DNA of 64,000 nucleotides from Parcubacteria group bacterium Gr01-1014_20 (GCA_007376265.1 VMFW01000003.1:1315-65314); one strand, 5' to 3'. Shown: positions 1 to 8,868, numbered from the stretch's first letter. Numbers and translations are program-made. The notes: a model not told the origin generated them from the sequence alone.

Positions 1-662
1 TTTCATGAGGATTGTGGTTGGGACATCAGATGGGACGTCGGTTAAACTTCCACCAGCGATAGCCTTCAAGAGGATGGCGGTTGCTGATTCTCGCGATCGC
101 AGCGCTTCTTCCCAGGTTTTGGGACCTTCATCCGAAGACGAAGCCCATTCACGAATGCGCTCGATGGCGATATCCTGAAGAATATCGCTTACTCCGTTTA
201 CCCCACCAGCATTGATGAAGTTTACCAACGGTATTACTCCGTTTACTGGAGTTGGGTCTGCGTCTGGGGTCCAGGTTAGAGCAACCGGGATTTTCACGCG
301 ACCGCGATCGGGAGTGAGGGCTTCGACTTCAGCCAGATCCTGATTCACTTTAGTGATAGGGATCAGGATGTAGTTATAGAGCCAAGGCCGAAACAGATAA
401 ATCCTCCAGCCTTCCTTGTTGATTTCTTCGATTCGCTTGCCCAAGAAGGTGGTTTGAGCAACGTGTGGTGGGTTGGCGGGAATAACTTGAATAGCGTGCA
501 AGATGATTCCTGCGTAGACGATGAGTAGCACCCACGTAGCTCCCGACAGCCCCAAGCCGATCATTCCGGCAATTACCAGAACGACAAGCCCTATTACGCC
601 GAGAATCATGCTCGTTATGAGCATTCTCCCGGATTTCGCGATCAATGTCGCTATGAATCTCA
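1..662 (-). CDS. SPFH/band-7-like membrane protein (start at 662, C-terminus runs off the window)
   Basis: Open frame on the minus strand beginning ATGATG (RC of 657-662). Translation begins MMRFIATLIAKSGRMLITSMILGVIGLVVLVIAG, an N-terminal TM segment followed by an SPFH-like stretch (...PANPPHVAQTTFLGKRIEEINKEGWRIYLFRPW...). It is absent from the ORF track only because it is cut by the window edge. Confidence 0.5.
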
Positions 663-770
663 TCATGACTTCTCCCTTCGTATGACGGTTATTTTTCAGT
701 TGTTAAAGATCGGTTTTGTCAGGGGATAGAAGCCTCCTGATCTTTTGTAATTTTAGCATAAAAGCTTATA

Positions 771-799
771 TTTGTCAAATAGAGGGGTTTAGGGTATAA
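771..799 (+). promoter_or_regulatory. sigma70-like promoter upstream of tRNA-Leu (TTGTCA-17-TATAAT)
   Basis: ttgtca aatagaggggtttaggg tataat lies ~40 nt upstream of the tRNA 5' end. Confidence 0.4.
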
Positions 800-841
800 T
801 AGGCCAGAAACCCTTGATTTATAAGGGTTAAAATAGGCAAG

Positions 842-924
842 GCCGAGGTGGTGAAATGGCAGACACGCCAGCTTTAGGAGCTGGTGCTCGCAAGGGCGTG
901 CGGGTTCAAATCCCGCCCTCGGCA
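842..924 (+). tRNA. tRNA-Leu (anticodon TAG), type II with long variable arm
   Basis: Hand-folded: acceptor GCCGAGG/CCTCGGC; D-arm GGTGAAATGGCAGAC; anticodon stem CCAGC/GCTGG with loop TTTAGGA (anticodon TAG); long variable arm; T-arm GCGGG TTCAAAT CCCGC; discriminator A. Confidence 0.85.
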
Positions 925-951
925 CAAACAGAAAAATCGCGAGTAGTTTTA

Positions 952-1000
952 AAAAACTATCCCATCCTACGATCGTAGGATGGGATAGTTTGACGATTGC
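952..1000. repeat. dif-like site 1: perfect 28-bp palindrome atcccatcctacgatcgtaggatgggat (11-bp arms + cgatcg core) inside a ~45-bp direct repeat
   Basis: Palindrome seen directly at 959-986. It is followed by agtttgacga, which repeat 2 also carries. Confidence 0.7.
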
Positions 1001-1060
1001 TTTGGTTGTTCTAACTGATCTAGATGTCTTTTGCTGGTTTTTCTGTGTGAGTTTGGGTGT

Positions 1061-1654
1061 TTACGTTAGATGTTTTAAACTTCCAGTTTTGCTGATCTGG
1101 AATATCTCGACATAATTTTCGAGTTTAAGTTTAAAAATATCACTCGCTAACTCTTTCGGGATTTTTATTTTTCCTATCCAAACACTTTTTTGAATCATTT
1201 CGAGTCCCAAGTTTTTGAGAACTTCTCGAAGCCAATCCCTGGATCTTCTTTCTTTTTCCGGTATATCAAAAACCACAATGGTGAAAAAAGGTTGACTTTC
1301 TTTTTTGTAGTGCGCACTAGGGATCTTTCTGTTTTTTGAAAGAATATCCCTTAGGTTTGCAAGTTTTGCTTTCCCTTTCGGTGTGATTGCAATAACTTTT
1401 TTTCCATCCTTTTTAGCCTCAAGGATTAGTCCATCTTTTTTGAGTTTGTACAAAATATTATGATAATTTTGAGTCCTTTGTCTTTTCGTTTCTTCTATGG
1501 ATCTTTTGCGTTCATTCTGCCTTAATCGATAACCCATTTCACTATAGGAAGCTCCATAGCCAGAACTCAATATAGCGTTAAAGATATCGAAAGAGGTTTC
1601 GGCAGTTTTAAATATAAACTCGAGAATTTTGACTGTTATTTCTCCTTTTTTCAT
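1061..1654 (-). CDS. hypothetical protein: N-terminal winged-helix-like region plus C-terminal Cas2/VapD-like ferredoxin-fold domain
   Basis: 197-aa ORF. The C-terminus FFTIVVFDIPEKERRSRDWLREVLKNLGLEMIQKSVWIG follows the Cas2 beta1-alpha1-beta2 pattern (hhhYDI..RR..l...L...G.R.Q.SVF). The N-terminus ...YKLKKDGLILEAKKDGKKVIAITPKGKAKL looks like a wHTH wing. The fold assignment comes from motif reading only. Confidence 0.55.
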   Translation of the reverse strand: MKKGEITVKILEFIFKTAETSFDIFNAILSSGYGASYSEMGYRLRQNERKRSIEETKRQRTQNYHNILYKLKKDGLILEAKKDGKKVIAITPKGKAKLANLRDILSKNRKIPSAHYKKESQPFFTIVVFDIPEKERRSRDWLREVLKNLGLEMIQKSVWIGKIKIPKELASDIFKLKLENYVEIFQISKTGSLKHLT

Positions 1655-1703
1655 TACTAATATCCTATCATACGATCGTAGGATAGGATAGTTTAATGAC
1701 GAG
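1655..1703. repeat. dif-like site 2: near-palindrome atcctatcatacgatcgtaggataggat, a direct repeat of site 1
   Basis: Seen at 1662-1689 with the same cgatcg core and the same downstream agttt..gacga. It differs from site 1 at about 3 arm positions. Confidence 0.7.
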
Positions 1704-1705
1704 TG

Positions 1706-2596
1706 TTATTTTCTTCTTCTAGCGTGGAATGTTTCGTGGATTTCTTTGAGTTCACGGTTCGTGATGTGGGTATAGACTTGAGTGGTCGCGATGTTGGCGT
1801 GGCCGAGCATTTCTTGAACGGAACGAAGATCGGCGCCGTTCATAAGCAAATCGGTCGCAAACTGGTGGCGGAGTTGGTGAGGGGAGACGTGACCTAGGAT
1901 GCCAGCCTTTTTGGCGTAGTAGGTGACTAAGCGTTGAACGGCGCGAGGGATGATGCGGCCCAAGATTTTGGGATGATTGCTTTTGGTGAGGCTCACAAAA
2001 AGCGCGGGGTCGGGATCGCCGCGTTTATCGAGGTATTTTTTAATAGCGTCTTTCGCGGACTTGGAAAAGAAGACGACGCGAATTTTTTCGCCCTTGCCAC
2101 GCACTGAGATTTCGCCTCGCTCGAGGTCTAGATAGCGGTCGAGCGCGCAGAGTTCGGAGAGGCGAAGGCCGGTTGAAAAGAAAGTTTCTAAAATAGCTTT
2201 GTCGCGGAGGCCGCGGAGGTTTTTTGGGTCCGGACAGTCGAGCATCCGTTCCAAGTCTTTATACTCTAGAATCTCGATTTGCCGCCTTGAGACTTTGGGA
2301 AGCTCGATTTTGTCGGGCGAGAGGACCTTGTGATCTTTTTTAATGAGGTATTTAAGGAAATTACGGACGGCGATTACGTAGTAGCTCTGGGTGATTTTTT
2401 TGATGTCACGCCTCGCAAGATAGAGGCGGAATTCAGTAACCAGGCGGTCGGTGATTTCTTCGGGAGATTTGATTTTGGAAAAGTTCAAAAACTCCTTCAG
2501 GTAGCGCTCGTAATTCTCGCGGGTTTTGCGTGAGCGGTTCTTTTCGATTTCGAGGTAGTTTAGATAATCCTGAAGGAGGGTTTCGACTCTAGTCAT
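1706..2596 (-). CDS. tyrosine site-specific recombinase, XerC/XerD family
   Basis: 296 aa. The N-terminal core-binding region (LQDYLNYLEIEKNRSRKTRENYERYL) and the C-terminal catalytic region (HQLRHQFATDLLMNGADLRSVQEMLGHANIATTQVYTHI) carry the Xer-type R..H..R..Y signature. Confidence 0.9.
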   Translation of the reverse strand: MTRVETLLQDYLNYLEIEKNRSRKTRENYERYLKEFLNFSKIKSPEEITDRLVTEFRLYLARRDIKKITQSYYVIAVRNFLKYLIKKDHKVLSPDKIELPKVSRRQIEILEYKDLERMLDCPDPKNLRGLRDKAILETFFSTGLRLSELCALDRYLDLERGEISVRGKGEKIRVVFFSKSAKDAIKKYLDKRGDPDPALFVSLTKSNHPKILGRIIPRAVQRLVTYYAKKAGILGHVSPHQLRHQFATDLLMNGADLRSVQEMLGHANIATTQVYTHITNRELKEIHETFHARRRK

Positions 2597-2628
2597 AGTT
2601 CAATTATACACTTTCCTTTTGCGACACT

Positions 2629-2657
2629 TGATGTATTTATGTTTAGCTGATATAATC
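2629..2657 (+). promoter_or_regulatory. sigma70-like promoter (TTGATG-17-TATAAT) for the downstream small ORF
   Basis: ttgatg tatttatgtttagctga tataat. An RBS gaggaggtg sits 3 nt before the ATG at 2694. Confidence 0.4.
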
Positions 2658-2693
2658 TCACTAGAAAAATTAACTTTAACCCGAGGAGGTGCG

Positions 2694-3014
2694 ATGTACG
2701 GGCATAGGAGATCGTCTGATGCTGGAGCCTGGTTCTATCTATTCCTTATGTTTGCCGTGATTGTATTTGTCGTGGTTGGTTTTTTTGGGGGCCTTTTCGT
2801 TGACGAAGCAGTCGCGATCCGGGCCCTCAAGACTAGCGGCTTTTCCAGTATCACAATTCTTGATCGGGACTGGTGCGCGGTTGCTCTGCGTGGCTGTAGT
2901 ACTGGGGATGCCGCGAAGTTTACCGCAAGGGCAGTAAATCCAGTCGGAGACACAGTTGAGGTTTGTGTTTGCGCTGGTTGGCTCTTGAAGGGAGCGACAA
3001 TTAGAACCCAGTAG
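2694..3014 (+). CDS. small hypothetical membrane protein (Cys-containing, one TM segment)
   Basis: ATG at 2694 with a strong SD. Translation MYGHRRSSDAGAWFYLFLMFAVIVFVVVGFFGG... The track ORF starts earlier, at 2619, but has no RBS there. The GC-rich composition could also permit a chance ORF. Confidence 0.4.
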   Translation: MYGHRRSSDAGAWFYLFLMFAVIVFVVVGFFGGLFVDEAVAIRALKTSGFSSITILDRDWCAVALRGCSTGDAAKFTARAVNPVGDTVEVCVCAGWLLKGATIRTQ

Positions 3015-3111
3015 GTCGTTTGAGATCAGTGTGGTACCGTGCTGATCTCTTAATTCATAACGGTACCTTTTTATTTGCTTTTTTGGGGGGTTTAGGTTAC
3101 AATGGCAATTC

Positions 3112-3378
3112 ATGTTAACTAAGCGAGTGAAAGCTAGGGTGGTGGGCGAACACCAAGGGCACGATAAGGACACTGGTTCCGCGTCGGTGCAGGTGGGGGT
3201 TTTGAGCCGACAGATTGACGAGCTAGCGTTACATTTAAAGAAGAATCCGAAAGACAACCATTCGAGGCGAGGTCTTTTAAAGATGGTTTCTAAGAGGAGA
3301 AAGTTTTTGGATTATTTAAAGAAAAAAGAGCCAGAAACTTACGCGAAGGTGGTTAAGAAGCTGGGACTTAAAAAATAA
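3112..3378 (+). CDS. rpsO: 30S ribosomal protein S15
   Basis: ...DTGSASVQVGVLSRQIDELALHLKKNPKDNHSRRGLLKMVSKRRKFLDYLKKKEPETYAKVVKKLGL matches the S15 consensus (TGSPEVQVA..HSRRGLL..RR.LLDYL). The -10-like tacaat lies 8 nt upstream of the ATG. Confidence 0.9.
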   Translation: MLTKRVKARVVGEHQGHDKDTGSASVQVGVLSRQIDELALHLKKNPKDNHSRRGLLKMVSKRRKFLDYLKKKEPETYAKVVKKLGLKK

Positions 3379-3454
3379 ATTTGCTACGGAATCCGAATTT
3401 TGTACCCATTCTACGCTCCCTCATGAGCTTGGAAGGGTAAAACCTTCGTATTCT

Positions 3455-3991
3455 GTGGCTACACAATTAATGAAACAGGGAGTAACTTACGCGAATCAGA
3501 GAGTTGGGATTTTTGTAGACGTTCAGAACCTATATCATTCCTCAAAAAACCTTTATCACGGCCGGGTGAATTATCCGGAGATGATGAAGTATTTAGTGGG
3601 CGGCAGACAGCTTATTCGAGCGATGGCTTACGTCGTCAAAAGCGAAACCGCGCAAGGCGAGGCGGCTTTTTTTGACGCGCTTGAGAAATCTGGTTTGGAG
3701 CTTCGCTCAAAGGACTTGCAGATTTACGCGGACGGTCTTAAGAAAGCGGATTGGGACGTGGGGATGGCGGTAGACGCGATTCGGATGTCGTCCTTTTTGG
3801 ATGTGGTGATTTTGGTGACCGGAGATGGAGATTTCATGCCGCTTGTTGACTATATGAAGTGGGGGGTGGGCAGGTTGGTTGAGGTGGCGGCTTTTAAACG
3901 TAGCGCTTCGGCAAAAATTCAGGAGGCGGCGGATAAGTTTACAAACCTGGAGGACATTCCGAGGATAATACTTCGAAGTACTAATCGCTAA
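3455..3991 (+). CDS. NYN/LabA-like PIN-fold nuclease domain protein
   Basis: VGIFVDVQNLYHS ... WDVGMAVDAIRMS ... DVVILVTGDGDFMPLV is the typical NYN (DUF88) motif order. The gene sits between rpsO and pnp. Confidence 0.65.
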   Translation: MATQLMKQGVTYANQRVGIFVDVQNLYHSSKNLYHGRVNYPEMMKYLVGGRQLIRAMAYVVKSETAQGEAAFFDALEKSGLELRSKDLQIYADGLKKADWDVGMAVDAIRMSSFLDVVILVTGDGDFMPLVDYMKWGVGRLVEVAAFKRSASAKIQEAADKFTNLEDIPRIILRSTNR

Positions 3992-4099
3992 TATATATAA
4001 ATAATAACGGAGATAAAACTTAGAGTAATCCCTCGTCGTCAAGATTCCTCGGGACGATTGATTTTCTAAATTCATTCTTCATTAAGAAAATATAATCGC

Positions 4100-6205
4100 A
4101 TGAAAAGAAAAGAATTTAAAACAGAAATAGGTGGGAAAACATTAACTTTGGAGGTGTCGGAGCTCGCGCCGCAAACGAACGCGGCGGTTTTGGCTAAATA
4201 CGGCGAGACAATCGCGCTTGTGACGGTGGTGATGTCTAAGAATGAATCAAGCGTGGATTACCTGCCGCTCAAGGTTGATTATGAAGAGAAGTTTTACGCG
4301 GCGGGAAAGATTATCGGTTCCAGGTTCATCCGTCGGGAGAGCAGGCCGTCGGAGGACGCGATTCTTTCGGGGCGGTTAGTGGATCGAACTTTAAGGCCTC
4401 TTTTTGATAATAGAATTAGACGAGAGATTCAAGTGGTGGTGACAATTTTATCTTACGATGAGGAAAATGATCCGGATTTTGTGGGCTTGATCGGAGCTTC
4501 GACGGCGCTCGCCATATCGGACGTGCCGTGGGACGGCCCGGTGGGCGGTGTCCGAGTGGCTAAGATTGGAGACAAGTTGGTAGTTAGTCCAGACAATTCT
4601 CTGATGCGAGGAGATGATTTTGTTTTTGAAACTTTTGTTTCTGGAGTTTCGGACAGAATCAACATGGTGGAGCTTGGAGGCAAGGAGGTAAGCGAAGCGG
4701 AAGTGGTGGAGGCGTTTAACTTGGCTCAGAAGGAGATCAACAAATTGGTTGATTTTCAAAAGTCAGTGATATCCGAGATTGGAAAGAAGAAAACGGAGCT
4801 TTTATTAGCCGAGATTGATCCGCAGGTTCGGGCCGAGGCGTCTAAGTTTTTATCCGATAAGCTCGAAGGAGCAGTTTATGTTAAAGACAAAGCTACCTAC
4901 TACGAAGGCTTGGCTAAATTAGGGAAGGAGCTTGTGGCCCACTTGGTTGAAATTTTTCCTGATCACGATAAATCAAGATTATCAAAGGATGCTCATTTTT
5001 TGTTTGATGAGGCGGTTGACCAACTCGTTCACAAAAATATTTTGGAGAAAGATAAGCGGCCGGACGGCCGAGCGTTGGATGAGGTTCGGGAGCTTCAGGG
5101 TGAGGTGGGGCTTTTCAAACGAACGCATGGCTCGGCGCTTTTTATGCGAGGAAATACGCATGCGCTAGCGGTTACGACCCTGGGTGCGCCTGGCGCGGAG
5201 CAGATCATTGAGACGATGGAGACGAATATGAAACGAAGATTTTTACTGCATTACAACTTTCCGCCGTATTCGGTGGGCGAGGTGGGGTCATTTAGGGGGC
5301 CGGGTCGCCGAGAAATTGGTCACGGAGCTTTGGCAGAGAAAGCCTTGAAGCATCTTATTCCATCTAAAGAAGCGTTTCCATATACGATTCGGGTGGTTTC
5401 AGAGATTATGTCTTCGAATGGTTCTTCTTCGATGGCCACGGTTTGTGCCAGCACACTTTCAATGATGGATGCCGGTGTGCCGATAAAAAGCCTAGCGGCC
5501 GGAACAGCGATGGGACTCATGTCGGACGAAAAAGGGAATTTTAAGGTTCTAACTGACATCCAAGGACCAGAGGATCACCATGGGGATATGGATTTTAAAG
5601 CGGCGGGGACAACGAATGGAGTGACTGCGATTCAAATGGACGTTAAGGTTTCAGGTGTGCCAATCGAAGTGCTGGTCAAAACTTTGGCCCAAGCGAAAGA
5701 AGCCCGACTACATATTTTGAAGTTTATGGGCGGCGTGATTGAAAAGCCGAGAGAGAAGGTTTCGGCATTTGCGCCGGCAATTTCGCATTTCATGATTAAT
5801 CCAGAAAAGATTGGAGTGGTGATTGGACCCGGCGGGAAGATGATTAACGGCTTGATTAAAAAGTACGAGCTTTCTGGAATTGATATTGACGAAGATGGGA
5901 CGGTGTTTGTTTCGGGGACGGATCACGCCAAGATGGAGCAGGCGGTCGCGGACATCAAAGCTTTAACCAGAGAGTTTGCTATCGGGGAAATTGTTGAGGG
6001 TAAGATTCTCAAGCTTTTGGATTTTGGCGCCATTCTTGACTTAGGTGGCGGAAAGGACGGGATGATTCATATTTCCGAATTTAAAAATGGTTTTGTAAAA
6101 GACATCAATGAGGTGGTTAAGCTGGGAGATTTTGTGCGGGCTAAAATTGTTAAGGTTGAAGACGGAAGGATTGGGCTTTCGGTCAAACAACTTCCGGGTT
6201 CGTAA
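4100..6205 (+). CDS. pnp: polyribonucleotide nucleotidyltransferase (PNPase)
   Basis: 701 aa with two RNase PH domains (FMRGNTHALAVTTLG; GPGRREIGHGALAEKAL), a KH domain (GVVIGPGGKMINGL) and an S1 domain (GEIVEGKILKLLDFGAIL). Confidence 0.95.
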   Translation: MKRKEFKTEIGGKTLTLEVSELAPQTNAAVLAKYGETIALVTVVMSKNESSVDYLPLKVDYEEKFYAAGKIIGSRFIRRESRPSEDAILSGRLVDRTLRPLFDNRIRREIQVVVTILSYDEENDPDFVGLIGASTALAISDVPWDGPVGGVRVAKIGDKLVVSPDNSLMRGDDFVFETFVSGVSDRINMVELGGKEVSEAEVVEAFNLAQKEINKLVDFQKSVISEIGKKKTELLLAEIDPQVRAEASKFLSDKLEGAVYVKDKATYYEGLAKLGKELVAHLVEIFPDHDKSRLSKDAHFLFDEAVDQLVHKNILEKDKRPDGRALDEVRELQGEVGLFKRTHGSALFMRGNTHALAVTTLGAPGAEQIIETMETNMKRRFLLHYNFPPYSVGEVGSFRGPGRREIGHGALAEKALKHLIPSKEAFPYTIRVVSEIMSSNGSSSMATVCASTLSMMDAGVPIKSLAAGTAMGLMSDEKGNFKVLTDIQGPEDHHGDMDFKAAGTTNGVTAIQMDVKVSGVPIEVLVKTLAQAKEARLHILKFMGGVIEKPREKVSAFAPAISHFMINPEKIGVVIGPGGKMINGLIKKYELSGIDIDEDGTVFVSGTDHAKMEQAVADIKALTREFAIGEIVEGKILKLLDFGAILDLGGGKDGMIHISEFKNGFVKDINEVVKLGDFVRAKIVKVEDGRIGLSVKQLPGS

Positions 6206-6230
6206 GTCATGAATCATGGAACACGAATCT

Positions 6231-6264
6231 TTCCTCCGGAAGAGGATCCGCCTTCGGCGGAGAA
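6231..6264. repeat. GGATCC-centred palindromic intergenic element, copy 1 (ttcctccggaagaggatccgccttcggcggag), preceded by an atcatg-type repeat
   Basis: Seen directly, just downstream of the pnp stop. Confidence 0.8.
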
Positions 6265-6292
6265 TCATGAAACATAAATCTGGGATTGGTAG

Positions 6293-6325
6293 TACTAAGG
6301 AGGAGTTCTAGTGGAGCTCCTTTTT
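6293..6325 (+). terminator. hairpin + T-run after pnp
   Basis: aaggaggagttctagtggagctcc then tttttt. Confidence 0.4.
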
Positions 6326-6362
6326 TGTTCTGGATTCAATCGTAGCCTGCTATAATTCAATC

Positions 6363-7340
6363 ATGGCCGATTATTTTGATCAGCAAGATCGTGGGGGTGT
6401 GAATTACGTGCCGCCGCCACCTAACGACGTGAGTATTCGGACGATGGAGTCCGATATTCGCTCGATGGCGCTTTCGGGCGGAAGTTTTGTGAGACCAGAT
6501 CAAGTTCCGATGTCTCAAAAGAACCAAGAGAAAACCCAAATTCCCTCTCCTTCGTCTGATTACACTCAGGGTCCAAGCGGTAAAAAATCAAAGGGTTTTT
6601 TGCCTTTAGTGGTTTTAGTTCTGATTATGCTTTTGGGAGCGCTTGGATATTTCTTATACCCTTTGTTTACCAAAAACTCCGGAACTCCACCCGCGAGTGA
6701 CGAGGAGGTTGGTTCAACCCCAAGTTTGCCAGAGGTATCGGGGGGCGCCATTTCTCCAAAATTTAATCACGAGTCTTTTTTTAGGAAGAGCGGGGACAGC
6801 GTGATTGATATGAACATAAAGTTTGCGGCCACCGAGATTACGGATTTGGAGAACTATGACCAAAAGGTGAATCGATTATTAACTCAAGTCCAGGAGGCCG
6901 AGGCTTTAGTTGAGTTTATCGCGAGGCGCGAGGGTGGCCAGCATCTCGCGCTTTCGGAGTTTTTTGAATACAGCAGCAACCAGGTTCTTACTTCTGAATT
7001 TATGGAACAGAACTTTAATCGGGACTTTACTTTTTTTACCTATAAAAACAAAGACGGTTTTTGGCCTGGACTGGTTATTCAACTTAATAAAGGAAAAAAC
7101 TGGGTGGTGGTTAAGCCAGAAGTTTCAAAGATGGAGAGGTCGGAGGATTTGAACGACTTTTTTATAACTTCTCCGGGGGATAGGGTGGGGGACTTTAAGG
7201 ATGTTTTGATTAGTGGTCAGGCGGCCAGGATTTTAAAATACTCGAAACCATCGGCAAATTTGGCTTATGGGTGGTTTCACGATTATCTAGTGATTAGCAC
7301 TTCGGACGAAGGATTGAGGATGGCCATTGAGAGGCTATAA
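6363..7340 (+). CDS. hypothetical membrane-anchored protein
   Basis: 325-aa ORF with one TM segment (LPLVVLVLIMLLGALGYFLYPLF) and no motif I recognise. Confidence 0.5.
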   Translation: MADYFDQQDRGGVNYVPPPPNDVSIRTMESDIRSMALSGGSFVRPDQVPMSQKNQEKTQIPSPSSDYTQGPSGKKSKGFLPLVVLVLIMLLGALGYFLYPLFTKNSGTPPASDEEVGSTPSLPEVSGGAISPKFNHESFFRKSGDSVIDMNIKFAATEITDLENYDQKVNRLLTQVQEAEALVEFIARREGGQHLALSEFFEYSSNQVLTSEFMEQNFNRDFTFFTYKNKDGFWPGLVIQLNKGKNWVVVKPEVSKMERSEDLNDFFITSPGDRVGDFKDVLISGQAARILKYSKPSANLAYGWFHDYLVISTSDEGLRMAIERL

Positions 7341-7442
7341 ATCCTGAATCCTGAATCATGAATCGTTAGACAGAAGGCATACGGGACACAAACGAAACAG
7401 AGTCGAAGTAGATTTAATTGGCTGACTAGCGGGAGGGTTGAT

Positions 7443-8465
7443 TTACTCTGGTGAGCTGTCAGTTTTTGGGTTTTTAAGAATTTTTTTCTTGATTTCACCC
7501 AGAAGTTTTTTGTCTTCTTTTAATTTCTCGCGGATGTTGTCGAAGCCAGTACCCAGGCGCTCACCTTCGAAGCTGTAGCTAGCGCCGGACTTAGTGACCA
7601 CGCCGGCTTTGAGGCCCGCGTTTAGGACATCGGCTTCGTAGGAGATGCCTTCTCCGTACATGATGTCGAACTCGGCTTGCTTGAAGGGAGCGGCCACTTT
7701 GTTTTTTACAACTTTAGCCTTAACTCGGGAGCCCACAATCTCCTCTCCCTTTTTAACTTGAGCGACGCGGCGAACGTCGATGCGGACCGAGGCGTAGAAT
7801 TTTAAAGCCCGGCCGCCGGGAGTAGTTTCGGGGTTGCCGAACATGATGCCGATTTTCATGCGGAGCTGGTTGATAAAAATTATAAGGGTGTTGGACTTAG
7901 CCGAGATGGCGGTAAGTTTTCGAAGAGCTTGAGACATCATACGGGCTTGAAGACCGATGAATTGAGCACCCATCTCACCTTCGATTTCGGCGCGAGGGGT
8001 TAGGGCGGCGACGGAGTCAACTACGATGACCGAGATCATGTTTGATCTGACTAAGGATTCAAGGATGTTGAGCGCTTCCTCGCCGTTGTCGGGCTGGGAG
8101 ATTAAAAGGTCGTTGATTTTAACGCCGAGTTTTTTGGCGTATTCGGGATCGAGGGCGTGTTCGGCATCGATGTAGGCGGTCTTGCCTCCTTGTTTTTGAG
8201 CTTGCGCAACGACATTTAGGGCGAGAGTGGTTTTGCCACTTGACTCTGGTCCAAAGATTTCTACAATCCGGCCCCGCGGGAGGCCGCCGACACCTAGGGC
8301 TAGGTCGAGAGAGAAGGAGCCGGTGGGGATTGAGGCGATATCAACTTTATGAGTTTCGCCGAGCGTCATGATGGCGCCTTCGCCAAACTTGCTGCGTAGA
8401 TTTGCAAGGAGGTCTTGAAGCTCGCTCTTCTCCGGTTTTTCTTCTTTGGTTCTTTTAGGGGTCAT
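7443..8465 (-). CDS. recA: recombinase RecA
   Basis: [19 protein letters not shown] (Walker A), IDAEHALDP and loop L1/L2 regions; 340 aa. Confidence 0.95.
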   Translation of the reverse strand: MTPKRTKEEKPEKSELQDLLANLRSKFGEGAIMTLGETHKVDIASIPTGSFSLDLALGVGGLPRGRIVEIFGPESSGKTTLALNVVAQAQKQGGKTAYIDAEHALDPEYAKKLGVKINDLLISQPDNGEEALNILESLVRSNMISVIVVDSVAALTPRAEIEGEMGAQFIGLQARMMSQALRKLTAISAKSNTLIIFINQLRMKIGIMFGNPETTPGGRALKFYASVRIDVRRVAQVKKGEEIVGSRVKAKVVKNKVAAPFKQAEFDIMYGEGISYEADVLNAGLKAGVVTKSGASYSFEGERLGTGFDNIREKLKEDKKLLGEIKKKILKNPKTDSSPE

Positions 8466-8559
8466 GGTGGTATTATTTTAGAGAAACTAGAAGTTTTTAA
8501 CAAGTTAATAGATGGACTCACAGCCACTAACGAAATTTGAAGGGAGGGGGGGTGAGAGA

Positions 8560-8868
8560 ATGAAAGAGTTTGGAGATCCTCGAAAGCTCCCTAGGGGCGG
8601 AGATGCCGATGGAACCTGCCTGAGGGTTGGCGCTGGTGCGGATGGCACGTAGTCAACCACTGTGATGGGTAACTCTGATTTTATCGGGTTGCCTCAACCT
8701 CAAACCAGGAGAGTTTTTATGTGTTATCCCAACGGGTTTTCGTTCTTCAGCTAACACCGATGCCGGAAAAGTTAGCGTTGTGGGGTCGGCGCCCGCAGAA
8801 GGACACCCGCCGAAGACGCGGGAAGATTTACCTAGAGCCGTTACGTAGGACGTAACGGCTCTTTTTAT
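8560..8868 (+). ncRNA. candidate structured RNA of unknown family, GC-rich, ending in an intrinsic terminator
   Basis: About 300 nt with clearly higher GC than its surroundings between two minus-strand genes. It ends with gagccgttacg-tagg-acgtaacggctc followed by tttttatt at 8836-8868. Only short spurious ORFs are present. I could not match RNase P, tmRNA, SRP or 6S motifs. Confidence 0.3.

Noticed and set aside
3022-3049. Hairpin gagatcag-N12-ctgatctc after the small membrane ORF, as an intrinsic terminator
   Set aside because: Good stem but no T-run follows (ttaattcataa), so I did not list it as a terminator.
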